From: Nitrospinaceae bacterium
Lineage (GTDB): Bacteria; Nitrospinota; Nitrospinia; Nitrospinales; VA-1
DNA length: 64,000 nucleotides
Direction: 5' to 3'
Assembly (NCBI GenBank): GCA_046754465.1
Contig: JBHHVU010000001.1
Location: 1-64,000, forward strand
Shown: one piece after another, positions 42,818 through 52,141 of the stretch
Layout of the letters: every line of letters starts with the position of its first letter
Position numbering within the stretch: position 1 is the stretch's first letter
Notes under the pieces: generated by a model
The model's database searches: none
What the model saw: the letters and a program-made list of their open reading frames with translations, nothing else
What the model was told of the DNA's origin: nothing
Program-made: the position numbers and the translations under genes

Positions 42818-42911
42818 ATCCAAATATATGCCTAACGATTGGGATTGCAACTTATTTTTTTCTCGCGAAATTATTTCAGGGGAAACAGATAAGTCTTTTT
42901 ATTTCAATATA

Positions 42912-45047
42912 TTAGTTTTGAAGCACCGCCGTGAAGGGTTCCGTGCCAACAAGCAGCAAGCCGTCCTGAGCCCGCGTTATCGCCACATAGAGCAGGTTTC
43001 GGCTTTCGGGCCGGAGGTGGGGATAATTCGATTCACTAGGTTCGACGATGCACACCGCATCGAACTCCAGTCCCTTTACCTGGTGGACGTTCGTTACGAT
43101 GACGCCCGGTTCAAAAGAGAACTGGTTGCGATAACCCAGCCTCAGCCCTTCGGGGATCATGTCTCTAAGGTCCTCCTTCAATTCCATGGCCTGCCTGGGA
43201 TACCGGCAAAGGACCGCAACCAGTTGGAAAGGATCCTGTTTCCTGAGGTCTTGTACCCAATGGGTGATGGTTTCCAGAAGGTCGTCCTTGTCCCTGGCAA
43301 CATGCCAGACGGGAGGCGGCCCTTTGCGTCCCTCCATGTCCTGCGGTTCCCCCTCGACTCGTTTGGCCAGGGTCATGATCGGGGCGGTGCACCGGTAGGA
43401 TATTTCCAGGCGGATCAAGTCCTGCTCATCCAGCTCCAGGCAATGGATGATTTTGTCCCAACCGATGAACTTTCTGGAGAAGAGAATCTTTTGGCTCACA
43501 TCCCCCACGATGGTCATGTGCCGCCGGTCTTCCACGGCATCGATCATGATGGCGAACTCCACGGGACCAAAATCCTGGGCCTCGTCAATCACCAGGTGGT
43601 CCAGCAAAGTCCTTTCTCCATTACTGCCGGGCAGCCCTCCGTTTTTCAACTGGATGATCCTCAGGATGAGAGACATGTCAAAGTAATCCAGGGCATGGTT
43701 TCGGCGATTCCTGGCAGTCAGCCGGGCTAGGTATTGCAGATGGGACCCGAGCTTGCCGGAGGGTTTCAAATAGGAACGGAGATGAGCTTCATCGGAAAGC
43801 AGATCATAAAGATCCCCAATATAATCCTGGAGTTTTTCAAGCTGATTATTTAAAAGGCCGAGGATGGAATGTTTTTCCTTTTCCCGCAAACCTGAGGAGC
43901 GGATGTCGTGGATCAAATCGCGGACCCGGGGAAGGATTGCCTTTTCACACCCCTTCCCCCAATTCTCCAGGAACCCGGGATTTTCGGATAGCGCCCGGCG
44001 GACGATCCGGCCGGTTTCCTCGACCTGCTTTTCAACCGTTCCGGCGATGACGTGCAGAATTTCTTCCGAGAATTTGATTTCCTCAACGAATCCGGGAAGG
44101 TTGTGAAACTTGAAATGGGCTTTCCCCCGGGCCGCTTTGCGGATCATAGACAAAGCCCAATGATTGAAGGTGGTCGTCTCCACTCCATCGATCCCCAGCG
44201 AGGGCAGGGTCGAACATATGTATAATTGTAGGGCCTTGCTCATGACCAGGACCCGGGTATTTTTGGGCCGGGCGGGGGAATTTTCCTGGTGCAGCAGCCA
44301 GGCCAACCGGTGCAGGGCCACGGTAGTTTTCCCCGATCCCGCCGACCCCTGAATGATCACGGGCTGGTCGGGGTCGGTGGTGATCATCTGAAACTGCTCG
44401 CGGGTGATTAAAGAAAGAATGCCGGGAAGCTTTTTTTCGCGGGAACCGATCCCCCGGGACCGGTGGGCGGCAATTTCAGCCTCCACGTCCAACCGTTCCC
44501 AACCGTTCTCCCTGCGATGGAAAACCCCTTCCGGGGAATCGATCTGAACCAGCTGTCCCGCCTCGACTTTGTAGGAACGCCGGATCTTGATGCGGCCGCT
44601 GCGTTCGCGGTCGTTGATCACTTCGAAAAATTCCTCTCCCTGCCGGTAATTGAAATAAAGGGAGGAAATAGGACCGTTCCGCCAATCCACGATTCCGGAA
44701 GGGATGTTGCCCTTTTTCCCGATCAAAAAAGCCACTTCCTGGCCGTCGTCTTCCAGGGTCACCACCCGGCCGAAATAGGGTTCCTGAATCAATTCCATCA
44801 AGGTCCGGTCGCTGTCCTTGCGTATACGGAATACCTGGTGGGCCACCGCTTCGTCCGATACCAGGGGCTGCCTCTCTTCGGGGTTCCATTCGTTGACCAC
44901 CCGCCGGGTCAGTTCCCGGGCCATTCGATTGGCGGAAATTTTCGCGTCGCGTACCTGGGGAAGCTCCTCGCACAAGGACTCTATCGTCTCACGGAAGCGT
45001 TGTTCTTCCTCCTCAATGAGCTTTTTGTCTGCTTCGGAAAGTTCCAT
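42912..45047 (-). CDS. SF1 UvrD-family ATPase, HelD-like
   Basis: PYFGRV, DWR, GSAGSGKTTVALHRLAWL, DEAQD, KGLEFD, LYVAITRA. Confidence 0.88.
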   Translation of the reverse strand: MELSEADKKLIEEEEQRFRETIESLCEELPQVRDAKISANRMARELTRRVVNEWNPEERQPLVSDEAVAHQVFRIRKDSDRTLMELIQEPYFGRVVTLEDDGQEVAFLIGKKGNIPSGIVDWRNGPISSLYFNYRQGEEFFEVINDRERSGRIKIRRSYKVEAGQLVQIDSPEGVFHRRENGWERLDVEAEIAAHRSRGIGSREKKLPGILSLITREQFQMITTDPDQPVIIQGSAGSGKTTVALHRLAWLLHQENSPARPKNTRVLVMSKALQLYICSTLPSLGIDGVETTTFNHWALSMIRKAARGKAHFKFHNLPGFVEEIKFSEEILHVIAGTVEKQVEETGRIVRRALSENPGFLENWGKGCEKAILPRVRDLIHDIRSSGLREKEKHSILGLLNNQLEKLQDYIGDLYDLLSDEAHLRSYLKPSGKLGSHLQYLARLTARNRRNHALDYFDMSLILRIIQLKNGGLPGSNGERTLLDHLVIDEAQDFGPVEFAIMIDAVEDRRHMTIVGDVSQKILFSRKFIGWDKIIHCLELDEQDLIRLEISYRCTAPIMTLAKRVEGEPQDMEGRKGPPPVWHVARDKDDLLETITHWVQDLRKQDPFQLVAVLCRYPRQAMELKEDLRDMIPEGLRLGYRNQFSFEPGVIVTNVHQVKGLEFDAVCIVEPSESNYPHLRPESRNLLYVAITRAQDGLLLVGTEPFTAVLQN

Positions 45048-45295
45048 ACTTGCCCTAAAATGGGTGGAACGGCGTCTCCCCGCCCGCGTGGGATTAAAAA
45101 CTTATTAATTTAAAGGAGAACCTGTTTGAGGGTCAATGATAAATTCAACCCGGTTCGTTTAAATTTTCTCTGGGGGTCACCGGGCAAGGCGGGCGCTCCC
45201 TAAAGTAAACCTTTTAAACCCCTGTTTTTTTTTATATGATAAAGATAAAAATTTACCCTGATTATAATTTTTAGCATCTGCATCCAGGAGTCATC

Positions 45296-46198
45296 ATGAA
45301 AACATATGAAGATCTGGCGGGTGATGGCGGGTCCAATATCATCGACCAGGTGGTCTCGCAAAGAGAAAAACTGCGCTCCCGGCTGGATAAAATAAAACAT
45401 AAGGTCGCATTGATGAGCGGCAAGGGGGGCGTGGGTAAAAGCTCCATCACCGCGAATATCGCGGCTTGCCTGGCAGATCGGGGATATTCCGTGGGAATCC
45501 TCGATGCCGACCTGAACGGCCCGAGTATCGGACACTTGCTGGGGGTCAAAAACAAACAGAAACTCAAGATCGACGATGAAGGCGTCTACCCCGGGGAGGG
45601 TTTCATGGGCATCCGGATCATGTCCATGGACATGCTGGTGGCCAGCCCCGACGCGCCGGTGATGTGGACCGAGGAAAAAGGCGCGACCGCCGTTTGGGTC
45701 AGCACCATGGAGTCGACAGCACTGCGGGAATTGCTGGCGGACACCAACTGGGGAGAACTGGATTTCCTCCTGGTCGATATGCCTCCCGGCAGCGACCGGA
45801 TCGATAATATCCGCGACCTGATTCCGGAACTCGAGGGCGTCGTAGAGATCACCATCCCCTCCCCTCTCTCACAGCACATCGTTTCCAAATCCATCACCAA
45901 AAATACCAAGATGGGCGTAAACATCATCGGGCTCATCGAAAACATGGCCTCCTACGTGTGTCCTCATTGCGAACAGGAGGGAAAACTTTTTGAAGGCCAG
46001 GACATCCTGGAATTCGCCAAGCGGAAAGGGATTCCCTTCATCGGCAAAATTCCCTTCGACACCCGCATGCCGCGGCAAACCGATTCGGGATCGCTTTTTT
46101 ACGCCGATCACAAGGATTCCGTTACCGGCAAGGCCATTGCCTCAACCGTGGACTATCTTTTGAACTTTATCGATAAAAATTCCAAAAAGGGGGAGTGA
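45296..46198 (+). CDS. Divergent Mrp/NBP35 family P-loop NTPase
   Basis: MSGKGGVGKS, DADLNGPS, DMPPG, ENMA...CPHC. Confidence 0.9.
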   Translation: MKTYEDLAGDGGSNIIDQVVSQREKLRSRLDKIKHKVALMSGKGGVGKSSITANIAACLADRGYSVGILDADLNGPSIGHLLGVKNKQKLKIDDEGVYPGEGFMGIRIMSMDMLVASPDAPVMWTEEKGATAVWVSTMESTALRELLADTNWGELDFLLVDMPPGSDRIDNIRDLIPELEGVVEITIPSPLSQHIVSKSITKNTKMGVNIIGLIENMASYVCPHCEQEGKLFEGQDILEFAKRKGIPFIGKIPFDTRMPRQTDSGSLFYADHKDSVTGKAIASTVDYLLNFIDKNSKKGE

Positions 46199-46632
46199 TG
46201 AAATTCCTTTGTATCCCATGCGACGAGCAGATGGAAACGCAGACCGACGGCATCATGCCGGACGATTCCAAAAACCTCGCCATGAAATTCAAATGCAAAA
46301 AATGCGGTCACTCGATCGCCATGTTGACCAATAAATTCGAAACCGAATTCGTGAGCAAGCTGGGCGTGGAGATGGGAGGCGCGTCCGGCGAGGGCAAAGG
46401 ACCGCTCAGCATGGTGGGTTCTCAACTCGCGGAAGCAAAAAAAGAACTGAGCAAGACCAAACCGGAAGATAACCTCATCTGGACCGAGGAAGCCCAGGAA
46501 CGCATCAAAAAGGTGCCCTTCTTCGTCCGTAACATGGCCAAAAAGACGGTGATCAATTTCGCGATCGAAAAAGGCGTGACCCTGATCGACGGCAAACTCA
46601 TGGACGAAGTGCGCGAAAAAGTCGGCATGTAG
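46195..46632 (+). CDS. Zn-ribbon (2x CxxC) plus PCP_red-like C-terminal domain protein
   Basis: CIPC, CKKC; WTEEAQERIKKVPFFVR resembles the protochlorophyllide reductase C-terminal domain. Confidence 0.8.
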   Translation: MMKFLCIPCDEQMETQTDGIMPDDSKNLAMKFKCKKCGHSIAMLTNKFETEFVSKLGVEMGGASGEGKGPLSMVGSQLAEAKKELSKTKPEDNLIWTEEAQERIKKVPFFVRNMAKKTVINFAIEKGVTLIDGKLMDEVREKVGM

Positions 46633-47102
46633 GCGGCCCCACCGCCGGGGAATAGGCCGGGACCTTTTCTGCTTTCAGTGTTTTTTGAGCAGAGGAAAGG
46701 GGAGTGTTTTTTCCGTCTACTGTCTTCGGTCCGCCTTGTTTTTGACAGGATGAACAGGATTAAAATCCTGATTTTTTCTCCCCGTTCCTGAAGGGGGCGG
46801 AGTCCCTCCGAAGGCAGATGGACATGCGTAATATGGCGGACCCAGATCAATAGGCGGTCTGGATTGACCTATCTCCCTCCCCCGGTGCGGGGGGATTTTC
46901 CCATTTTGAACATCCTGCCGATCCTGTGCCCCCTCTTTCCGTGACCGCCACCGGCGGCCCGTCCCACGGGCGGGCAAGTTGCAGGTGCCGGAGAGATGCA
47001 GGCATGAGTAGACTGAACCCTTGCTTGCCCTTCCCCTACGAGGATGAAAAGGACCTCCAGAGGAATCAGTTTCTTTCGTTATAGAGGCTATAGAATTTTC
47101 TA

Positions 47103-48065
47103 ATGAACAACGATTGGAAAGAGTTTGAGCATTTAGTCCACCTTATTGAGCAGTCCATATCCCCTGACTCAGTTGTTGAGCATGACGTTTATTTACCGGT
47201 GATCGGTTCGCAAAGTGGACGAACCCGACAATGCGACGTGGTAATTCGGTCGGGGCAAAAGCCAAGAGAAACCATCACCATCGTTGAGGTGCAGGATCGA
47301 ACATCCAAACCCAACATAACCATCTTTGGGGGCTGGATCGAAAAATTAAAGGAGGTCGGTGCTCAACACCTTATCTGTGTCTCCCGCCACGATTTTCCGA
47401 CCAGCATTAAGGAAAAGGCAGTTGGGCTTGGCAATACTGTTAGATTGATAATGCTCAAGGAGCTTAACGCCGAAAGCATTCCGATTAATATTGTATTCAC
47501 ACATTGTGATTTTGATTTGAAAGAAGTGAAAAAAGCCAGCCTTACCTACTCAAGATCTGAAGTGGAGGAGTTGGGGATAGGGGATGCCTTAAAAAAGAAA
47601 TGCGAGGATGGTGTTCAGGGTGATTCGAACGAACAATGTTGGTCATTGGATAAAAACGAACTGGTTTCTCTGTACCTTCTTTGCCAGGATTTTTACGTTC
47701 GTCCTGATGGGGAGAACGAGGGAGAAGGAAGAATAGTCTTCGATATGAAAGAAGGCCCCGAGCTATTCATGTATTTAGAGGATCATTTTTTCAGGGCTGG
47801 TTTGGATTGCAGTTTTTTGTGGACATATGAGGAGACCGAAATACCAATATCGGTTCTTTCTTATGAGCAAAATGAAGCAGGCGTACTCGCGTGGGTCGCT
47901 GAGATTTCATACGAATTTCGGACAGGTTTAGTTTCCACCAAGGTTCCTATCGTTAAGACTGATGGGTTATATAGGGTTGATAGTATGCTCGTAAAATTGC
48001 CTCCAGAAGTCAGGCTATCGATCAAACTTCGCACCCTGGCATGTCATTCGGATGAAAAGATTTAA
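47103..48065 (+). CDS. Mrr-like PD-(D/E)xK restriction endonuclease domain protein
   Basis: WKEFEHLV...RQCDVVI...IVEVQD...GAQHLICVS; visibly lower GC; no methylase nearby. Confidence 0.75.
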   Translation: MNNDWKEFEHLVHLIEQSISPDSVVEHDVYLPVIGSQSGRTRQCDVVIRSGQKPRETITIVEVQDRTSKPNITIFGGWIEKLKEVGAQHLICVSRHDFPTSIKEKAVGLGNTVRLIMLKELNAESIPINIVFTHCDFDLKEVKKASLTYSRSEVEELGIGDALKKKCEDGVQGDSNEQCWSLDKNELVSLYLLCQDFYVRPDGENEGEGRIVFDMKEGPELFMYLEDHFFRAGLDCSFLWTYEETEIPISVLSYEQNEAGVLAWVAEISYEFRTGLVSTKVPIVKTDGLYRVDSMLVKLPPEVRLSIKLRTLACHSDEKI

Positions 48066-48332
48066 ACCGCGAAACAGGGAAAGGGTCAGAAACGGAAACG
48101 AGTCAAGTCCTTTCTTAGCTACAACTGTAATAGGGTTGGTCTGATTGCCTGGATTTTAAAATAACCTATTAGGGCTATACTTTAATCCTGCCGGTCCTGT
48201 CAATCCTGCCCCACCTCAATCCGTCTTTCCGTGGATGGCCCAGTTTCCTCGCAATGAGTCAGCCGCCTCCCCTGCCCTTCCTCCTTGCAATCCTCCGCAA
48301 AAACCCTGTCACAATTTTCAAGAATTATACCC

Positions 48333-48364
48333 TTGACTCCGTACAATGGTACGGGGTGTATATT
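48333..48364 (+). promoter_or_regulatory. MerR-type promoter/operator
   Basis: TTGACT-CCGTAC aatg GTACGG ggtg-TATATT: long (20 bp) spacer containing the mer dyad CCGTAC-N4-GTACGG. Confidence 0.9.
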
Positions 48365-48380
48365 CTTTACAGGGTGAATT

Positions 48381-48833
48381 ATGAAGACAATGACAATCAG
48401 CAAAATCGCAACAGAAGCCGGTGTGGGAGTCGAAACGGTTCGTTTTTACGAAAAAAAGGGTCTGGTCGATCAGCCGCCCAAACCCGCCTCTGGCGGCTTC
48501 CGGGTTTACCCGGTTGAAACCGCGGAACGAATCCGCTTTATCCGCCAGGCTCAGGAGCTTGGGTTCTCCCTTCGCGAAATAAAGGAATTGTTGTCCCTGC
48601 GGATGGACCCCGCAGCCGATTGCGCCGATGTGCGGGAGCGGGCGCGGGTCAAACTCGACGAGATAACCCGAAAGATCGCGGTCATGAAAGGAATCCAAAC
48701 GGCTCTTGAAAAACTGATCGCGGCCTGTCCCGGCCAGGGGGCACTGCAGGTGTGCTCGATCATCGACGCTATTGAGGCCCCTAAAATAACCGGGACAGCG
48801 TTAAAAAAAAGAAGGAGAAAAAATCATGAATGA
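48381..48833 (+). CDS. merR: MerR-family heavy-metal-responsive regulator
   Basis: VETVRFYEKKGL, AQELGFSLREI, three Cys in the Hg-MerR arrangement (DC...C-X8-C). Confidence 0.9.
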   Translation: MKTMTISKIATEAGVGVETVRFYEKKGLVDQPPKPASGGFRVYPVETAERIRFIRQAQELGFSLREIKELLSLRMDPAADCADVRERARVKLDEITRKIAVMKGIQTALEKLIAACPGQGALQVCSIIDAIEAPKITGTALKKRRRKNHE

Positions 48834-49095
48834 CAAACGCAAAGTAGAAATCTTCAGTGCCGGATGTGCGGTTTGCGAAGAAGCGGTTTCCGTTGTGAAG
48901 CGTCTGGCCTGTTCATCCTGTGTGGTAACCGTGCTGGACATGAAAAACCCGGAGGTCGCTGAAAGAGCAAAAAATCTGGGTATCGCTTCTGTCCCGGCTG
49001 TAGTGATTGACGGGCGGCTTGCGGAGTGCTGCGGCCAGGGAATCGATGAAGAAACCCTTAAGGCCGCCGGTCTGGGGCAACCTCTGGGTAATTGA
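48826..49095 (+). CDS. Small thioredoxin/glutaredoxin-like protein, Cys-rich
   Basis: CAVC, CSSC, SVPAVVIDG, CC. Confidence 0.85.
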   Translation: MNDKRKVEIFSAGCAVCEEAVSVVKRLACSSCVVTVLDMKNPEVAERAKNLGIASVPAVVIDGRLAECCGQGIDEETLKAAGLGQPLGN

Positions 49096-49126
49096 GAATC
49101 CCTCAAAACCTTATGGAGATCTGAAA

Positions 49127-49477
49127 ATGTCCTATCATCTGAAAGCCGCTTCGATCATGAAAACCCTGGGGAGCATTCTTTTTGCCCTGTTCCTCGGGGC
49201 AGCGGCCGCCGGGGCGCAAGAGGCGAAGGCCGTCTACAAGGTCTATGTCGATGGTCTTTCCTGTCCTTTTTGCACTTATGGCATAGAAAAAAAGTTTAGT
49301 ACGGTTAACGGTGTTGAAAAAATCGAGGTCGACCTTAAGACGGGGACGACCCTTATCACAATGGCCGACGGAAAAACCCTGGATGAAAAGACCGCCAGGA
49401 AAACCGTGGAAGCCGCGGGCTTCAGCCTCCGCGATTTCAAACAAGTCCCGGGTCCGGAAAACAAAGGGAAAAAATAA
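49127..49477 (+). CDS. Periplasmic heavy-metal-associated (HMA, MerP-like) protein
   Basis: signal peptide, VDGLSCPFC, VEAAGF. Confidence 0.88.
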   Translation: MSYHLKAASIMKTLGSILFALFLGAAAAGAQEAKAVYKVYVDGLSCPFCTYGIEKKFSTVNGVEKIEVDLKTGTTLITMADGKTLDEKTARKTVEAAGFSLRDFKQVPGPENKGKK

Positions 49478-49482
49478 AAGGC

Positions 49483-50412
49483 ATGGTTTTGAGAAGCATT
49501 GACCTGGAGAAAAGGATCATCAGGACAATAGGGGGGGCCTTCACGTGTTTTTTATTGATTTGTGCTGGAGCCGCCTGGGGTGCTCCGATTACTTTCAACA
49601 CGGCCCTCCCGGTCGCGGAGGATGAATTTATATTCCGGGAACAATTTGTCTTCGATCAGTCGGGCGACGACCCAAGTGGCGCGGACCGGGATCGGGAGGC
49701 ATTTGCCGCTGTTTCGGTCCTTGGATACGGAGTTACAAGCGACTTGGCCCTTTTCGGGGTCCTGCCCTATGTGGATAAAAGTCTGGAAATTACCTCAATG
49801 GGCGGGCGCAACACCCGAGACACAAGCGGCCTAGGCGATATAACCCTGTTCGGCCGGTATACGATATTTAAAGACAACATTCCGGGGCGCACCTTTCGTG
49901 TCGCGCCGTTTGCCGGTGTGAAGCTTCCTACCGGGGAGGATGATAAAACCGACGGATTGGGCCGCCTTCCCCCTAGCGTCCAGGCCGGATCAGGGTCCAC
50001 GGACCCTTTCGGCGGGCTTGTGGCAACCTATCAAACACTCGACTTTGAAATTGATGCCCAGGCCAGTTACAAGATCAACACCGAGGCCAACAATTTTGAG
50101 TTTGGTGATGTCGGCCGCCTTGACGTTTCTCTTCAATATCGTCTTTGGCCCCGCATCCTGGGAAGCGGTGTTCCCGGTTTCCTCTATGGTGTCTTGGAAG
50201 GAAATCTCATCCACCAGAATAAAAACCGGACTACCGGAGTCAAAGACCCTAATTCCGGCGGCACCACCCTGTTTCTTGCACCCGGACTGCAATACGTGAC
50301 CAAACGGTGGATTGTGGAAGGCGTGGTGCAAATTCCCGTGGTTCAGGACCTCAACGGGACAGCCCTGGAGAAGGACTACGTTGTCCGCTTCGGCTTCCGA
50401 TTCAACTTCTGA
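49483..50412 (+). CDS. Outer-membrane beta-barrel transporter (MetA/phenol-degradation-like family)
   Basis: signal peptide, SGLGDI, GVKLPTG, QAGSGSTD, C-terminal FRFNF. Confidence 0.82.
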   Translation: MVLRSIDLEKRIIRTIGGAFTCFLLICAGAAWGAPITFNTALPVAEDEFIFREQFVFDQSGDDPSGADRDREAFAAVSVLGYGVTSDLALFGVLPYVDKSLEITSMGGRNTRDTSGLGDITLFGRYTIFKDNIPGRTFRVAPFAGVKLPTGEDDKTDGLGRLPPSVQAGSGSTDPFGGLVATYQTLDFEIDAQASYKINTEANNFEFGDVGRLDVSLQYRLWPRILGSGVPGFLYGVLEGNLIHQNKNRTTGVKDPNSGGTTLFLAPGLQYVTKRWIVEGVVQIPVVQDLNGTALEKDYVVRFGFRFNF

Positions 50413-50428
50413 GAAAGATACAACGGAT

Positions 50429-51406
50429 ATGAAACGTAAAACCATAATAGTTCTGGGAATCCCGTTATTTATTGCAGCAGCTATTCTTGCTTTTGGATGT
50501 ACGGCCTTCATGCCTTCGGAAAAAGAAACCGGATACAGGTTCGCCGCCGCTTGGGGTAAAAAGGGAAGCGGCCCGGGAGAATTCAACGATCCGACGGGGA
50601 TCGCCGTCAACGATCATGAGGTATTTATTTCCGATTCCCGAAATTCCCGAATACAGGTATTCGACCTTGAGGGAAATTTCAAGCATCAATTCGGTACACG
50701 CGGAAAAGAGCCAGGCCAACTGGGCCGGCCCATGAATCTGACGATTGCCCACAACGAGCTTTATGTGGCGGACTACTGGAATGATCATATCGAGGTCTTT
50801 ACCCTCGATGGGACACATAAAAGAACCATCGGTCATTCAGGCTCCGGGCCGGGGGAATTTGATTCGCCCGGCGGCGTTGCCGTTGCTCCCAACGGTGATT
50901 TGTTCGTCGCCGATTTTTACAATCAGAGGATTCAAAAACTTCGGCCCGGCGGGAGTTTCCTTCGTCAATGGGGAGAAACCGGTAAAACAGGTATCTGGGC
51001 GGGGAAATTCAATTATCCCACGGATGTGGCGCTGGGGCCGGATGGGTCTCTTTATGTAGCCGACGGCTATAATGACCGCGTCCAGGTGTTCTCACCTGAT
51101 GGCGACTTTTCCCGCAAATGGGGCGGTCCGTTTGCCATGAATATTTATGGTCCCTTTAAGGGATGGTTTGCCACTGTGACTGGTATCACCGTGGATAAAG
51201 CCGGGAATGTGTTGGTCGCGGATTTTTACAACAATCGTATCCAGAAATTTTCTCCGGATGGGACTTTTCTCACGGCCTTGGGAGAAGAAGGTTCATCTCC
51301 CGGCCAATTCAACCACCCGATAGCGGTGGCGGTAACGGATGATGGTAACGTTTTCGTTGCAGACTATGGGAATAACCGCATTCAGAAGTGGGAGATGAAG
51401 AATTGA
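50429..51406 (+). CDS. NHL-repeat beta-propeller lipoprotein
   Basis: lipobox AFGC; six repeats such as GEFNDPTGIAV...YVAD..N.RIQ. Confidence 0.9.
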   Translation: MKRKTIIVLGIPLFIAAAILAFGCTAFMPSEKETGYRFAAAWGKKGSGPGEFNDPTGIAVNDHEVFISDSRNSRIQVFDLEGNFKHQFGTRGKEPGQLGRPMNLTIAHNELYVADYWNDHIEVFTLDGTHKRTIGHSGSGPGEFDSPGGVAVAPNGDLFVADFYNQRIQKLRPGGSFLRQWGETGKTGIWAGKFNYPTDVALGPDGSLYVADGYNDRVQVFSPDGDFSRKWGGPFAMNIYGPFKGWFATVTGITVDKAGNVLVADFYNNRIQKFSPDGTFLTALGEEGSSPGQFNHPIAVAVTDDGNVFVADYGNNRIQKWEMKN

Positions 51407-51473
51407 GGTCGTTGAACATCTTTAGTCAACCGAGATGCAGGCAAGCGGAGCCTGCTAATGGGTGACCCCATTG

Positions 51474-52109
51474 CTATTGCACGCAGCGAAAGCCCACGTA
51501 GTGAAATTTGTGGATCGGGAGGCTGGGGATGCGGTGTGCACTCCGCAGGCTGACCGGTGAATTGCGCCACGACCCTCCTCGAACCACTTTCCCCATGGCG
51601 CCGAAATTACTGGATGTCCATTCCCAAACGTTGCCAGCCATATCGTAGAGTCCGTACCGGTTCGGTTTCTTCTCACCCACGGGATGGGTCTGTTTTTCCG
51701 AATTGCCTTTATACCAGGCATACCGGCCGTCCATATCGGCTCCCCAGTAATAGGGGGTTGCGGAGCCCGCCTTGGCGGCTTTTTCCCACTCCCATTCGGT
51801 CGGCAGGCGTTTCCCTGCCTTCCTGCAATACTTGTTGGCGTCGAACCAGGTCACGTCCTCCACCGGGCGATTCGCGCCTTTGAAGAAGGCGGGATTTTTC
51901 CCCATCCTCCTTTCGAATGCTTCCTGGGTTACCTCGTGGCGGTCGATATGATACGTTTCCAGGAATACGCTTTTCAGGGAATCGGGTTTTCCAGCCATGA
52001 AATTTCCGGAAGGGATCGGAACCATACCACCTATATCCCCATTCCCCCACACTGGGGCCGATGTGGAAAGTAAAATCCAACCCAGAACAAGCTGTACGGA
52101 TTTTTTCAA
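51474..52109 (-). CDS. FGE/SUMF1 domain protein, exported
   Basis: RLPTEWEWEKAA, GLYDMAGNVWEW, RGGSW, VGFRC; start approximate. Confidence 0.88.
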   Translation of the reverse strand: MKKSVQLVLGWILLSTSAPVWGNGDIGGMVPIPSGNFMAGKPDSLKSVFLETYHIDRHEVTQEAFERRMGKNPAFFKGANRPVEDVTWFDANKYCRKAGKRLPTEWEWEKAAKAGSATPYYWGADMDGRYAWYKGNSEKQTHPVGEKKPNRYGLYDMAGNVWEWTSSNFGAMGKVVRGGSWRNSPVSLRSAHRIPSLPIHKFHYVGFRCVQ

Positions 52110-52141
52110 AACGCGGTTCGCGGGAAAGTCCCAGGGGACAT

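Larger units (their letters stand above)
46993..51454. mobile_element. Putative inserted segment bounded by imperfect 23-bp direct repeats
   Basis: GAGATGCAGGCAtGaGtAGaCTG (46993) vs GAGATGCAGGCAaGcGgAGcCTG (51432); accessory cargo; no integrase seen. Confidence 0.45.

Noticed and set aside
45074..45101. GTCTCCCCGCCCGCGTGGGATTAAAAAC, loosely resembling a type I-C repeat
   Set aside because: Single copy, no proper hairpin, no second repeat at spacer distance
47060..48130. Integron cassette origin for the nuclease gene
   Set aside because: No convincing RYYYAAC...GTTRRRY attC structure and no integrase
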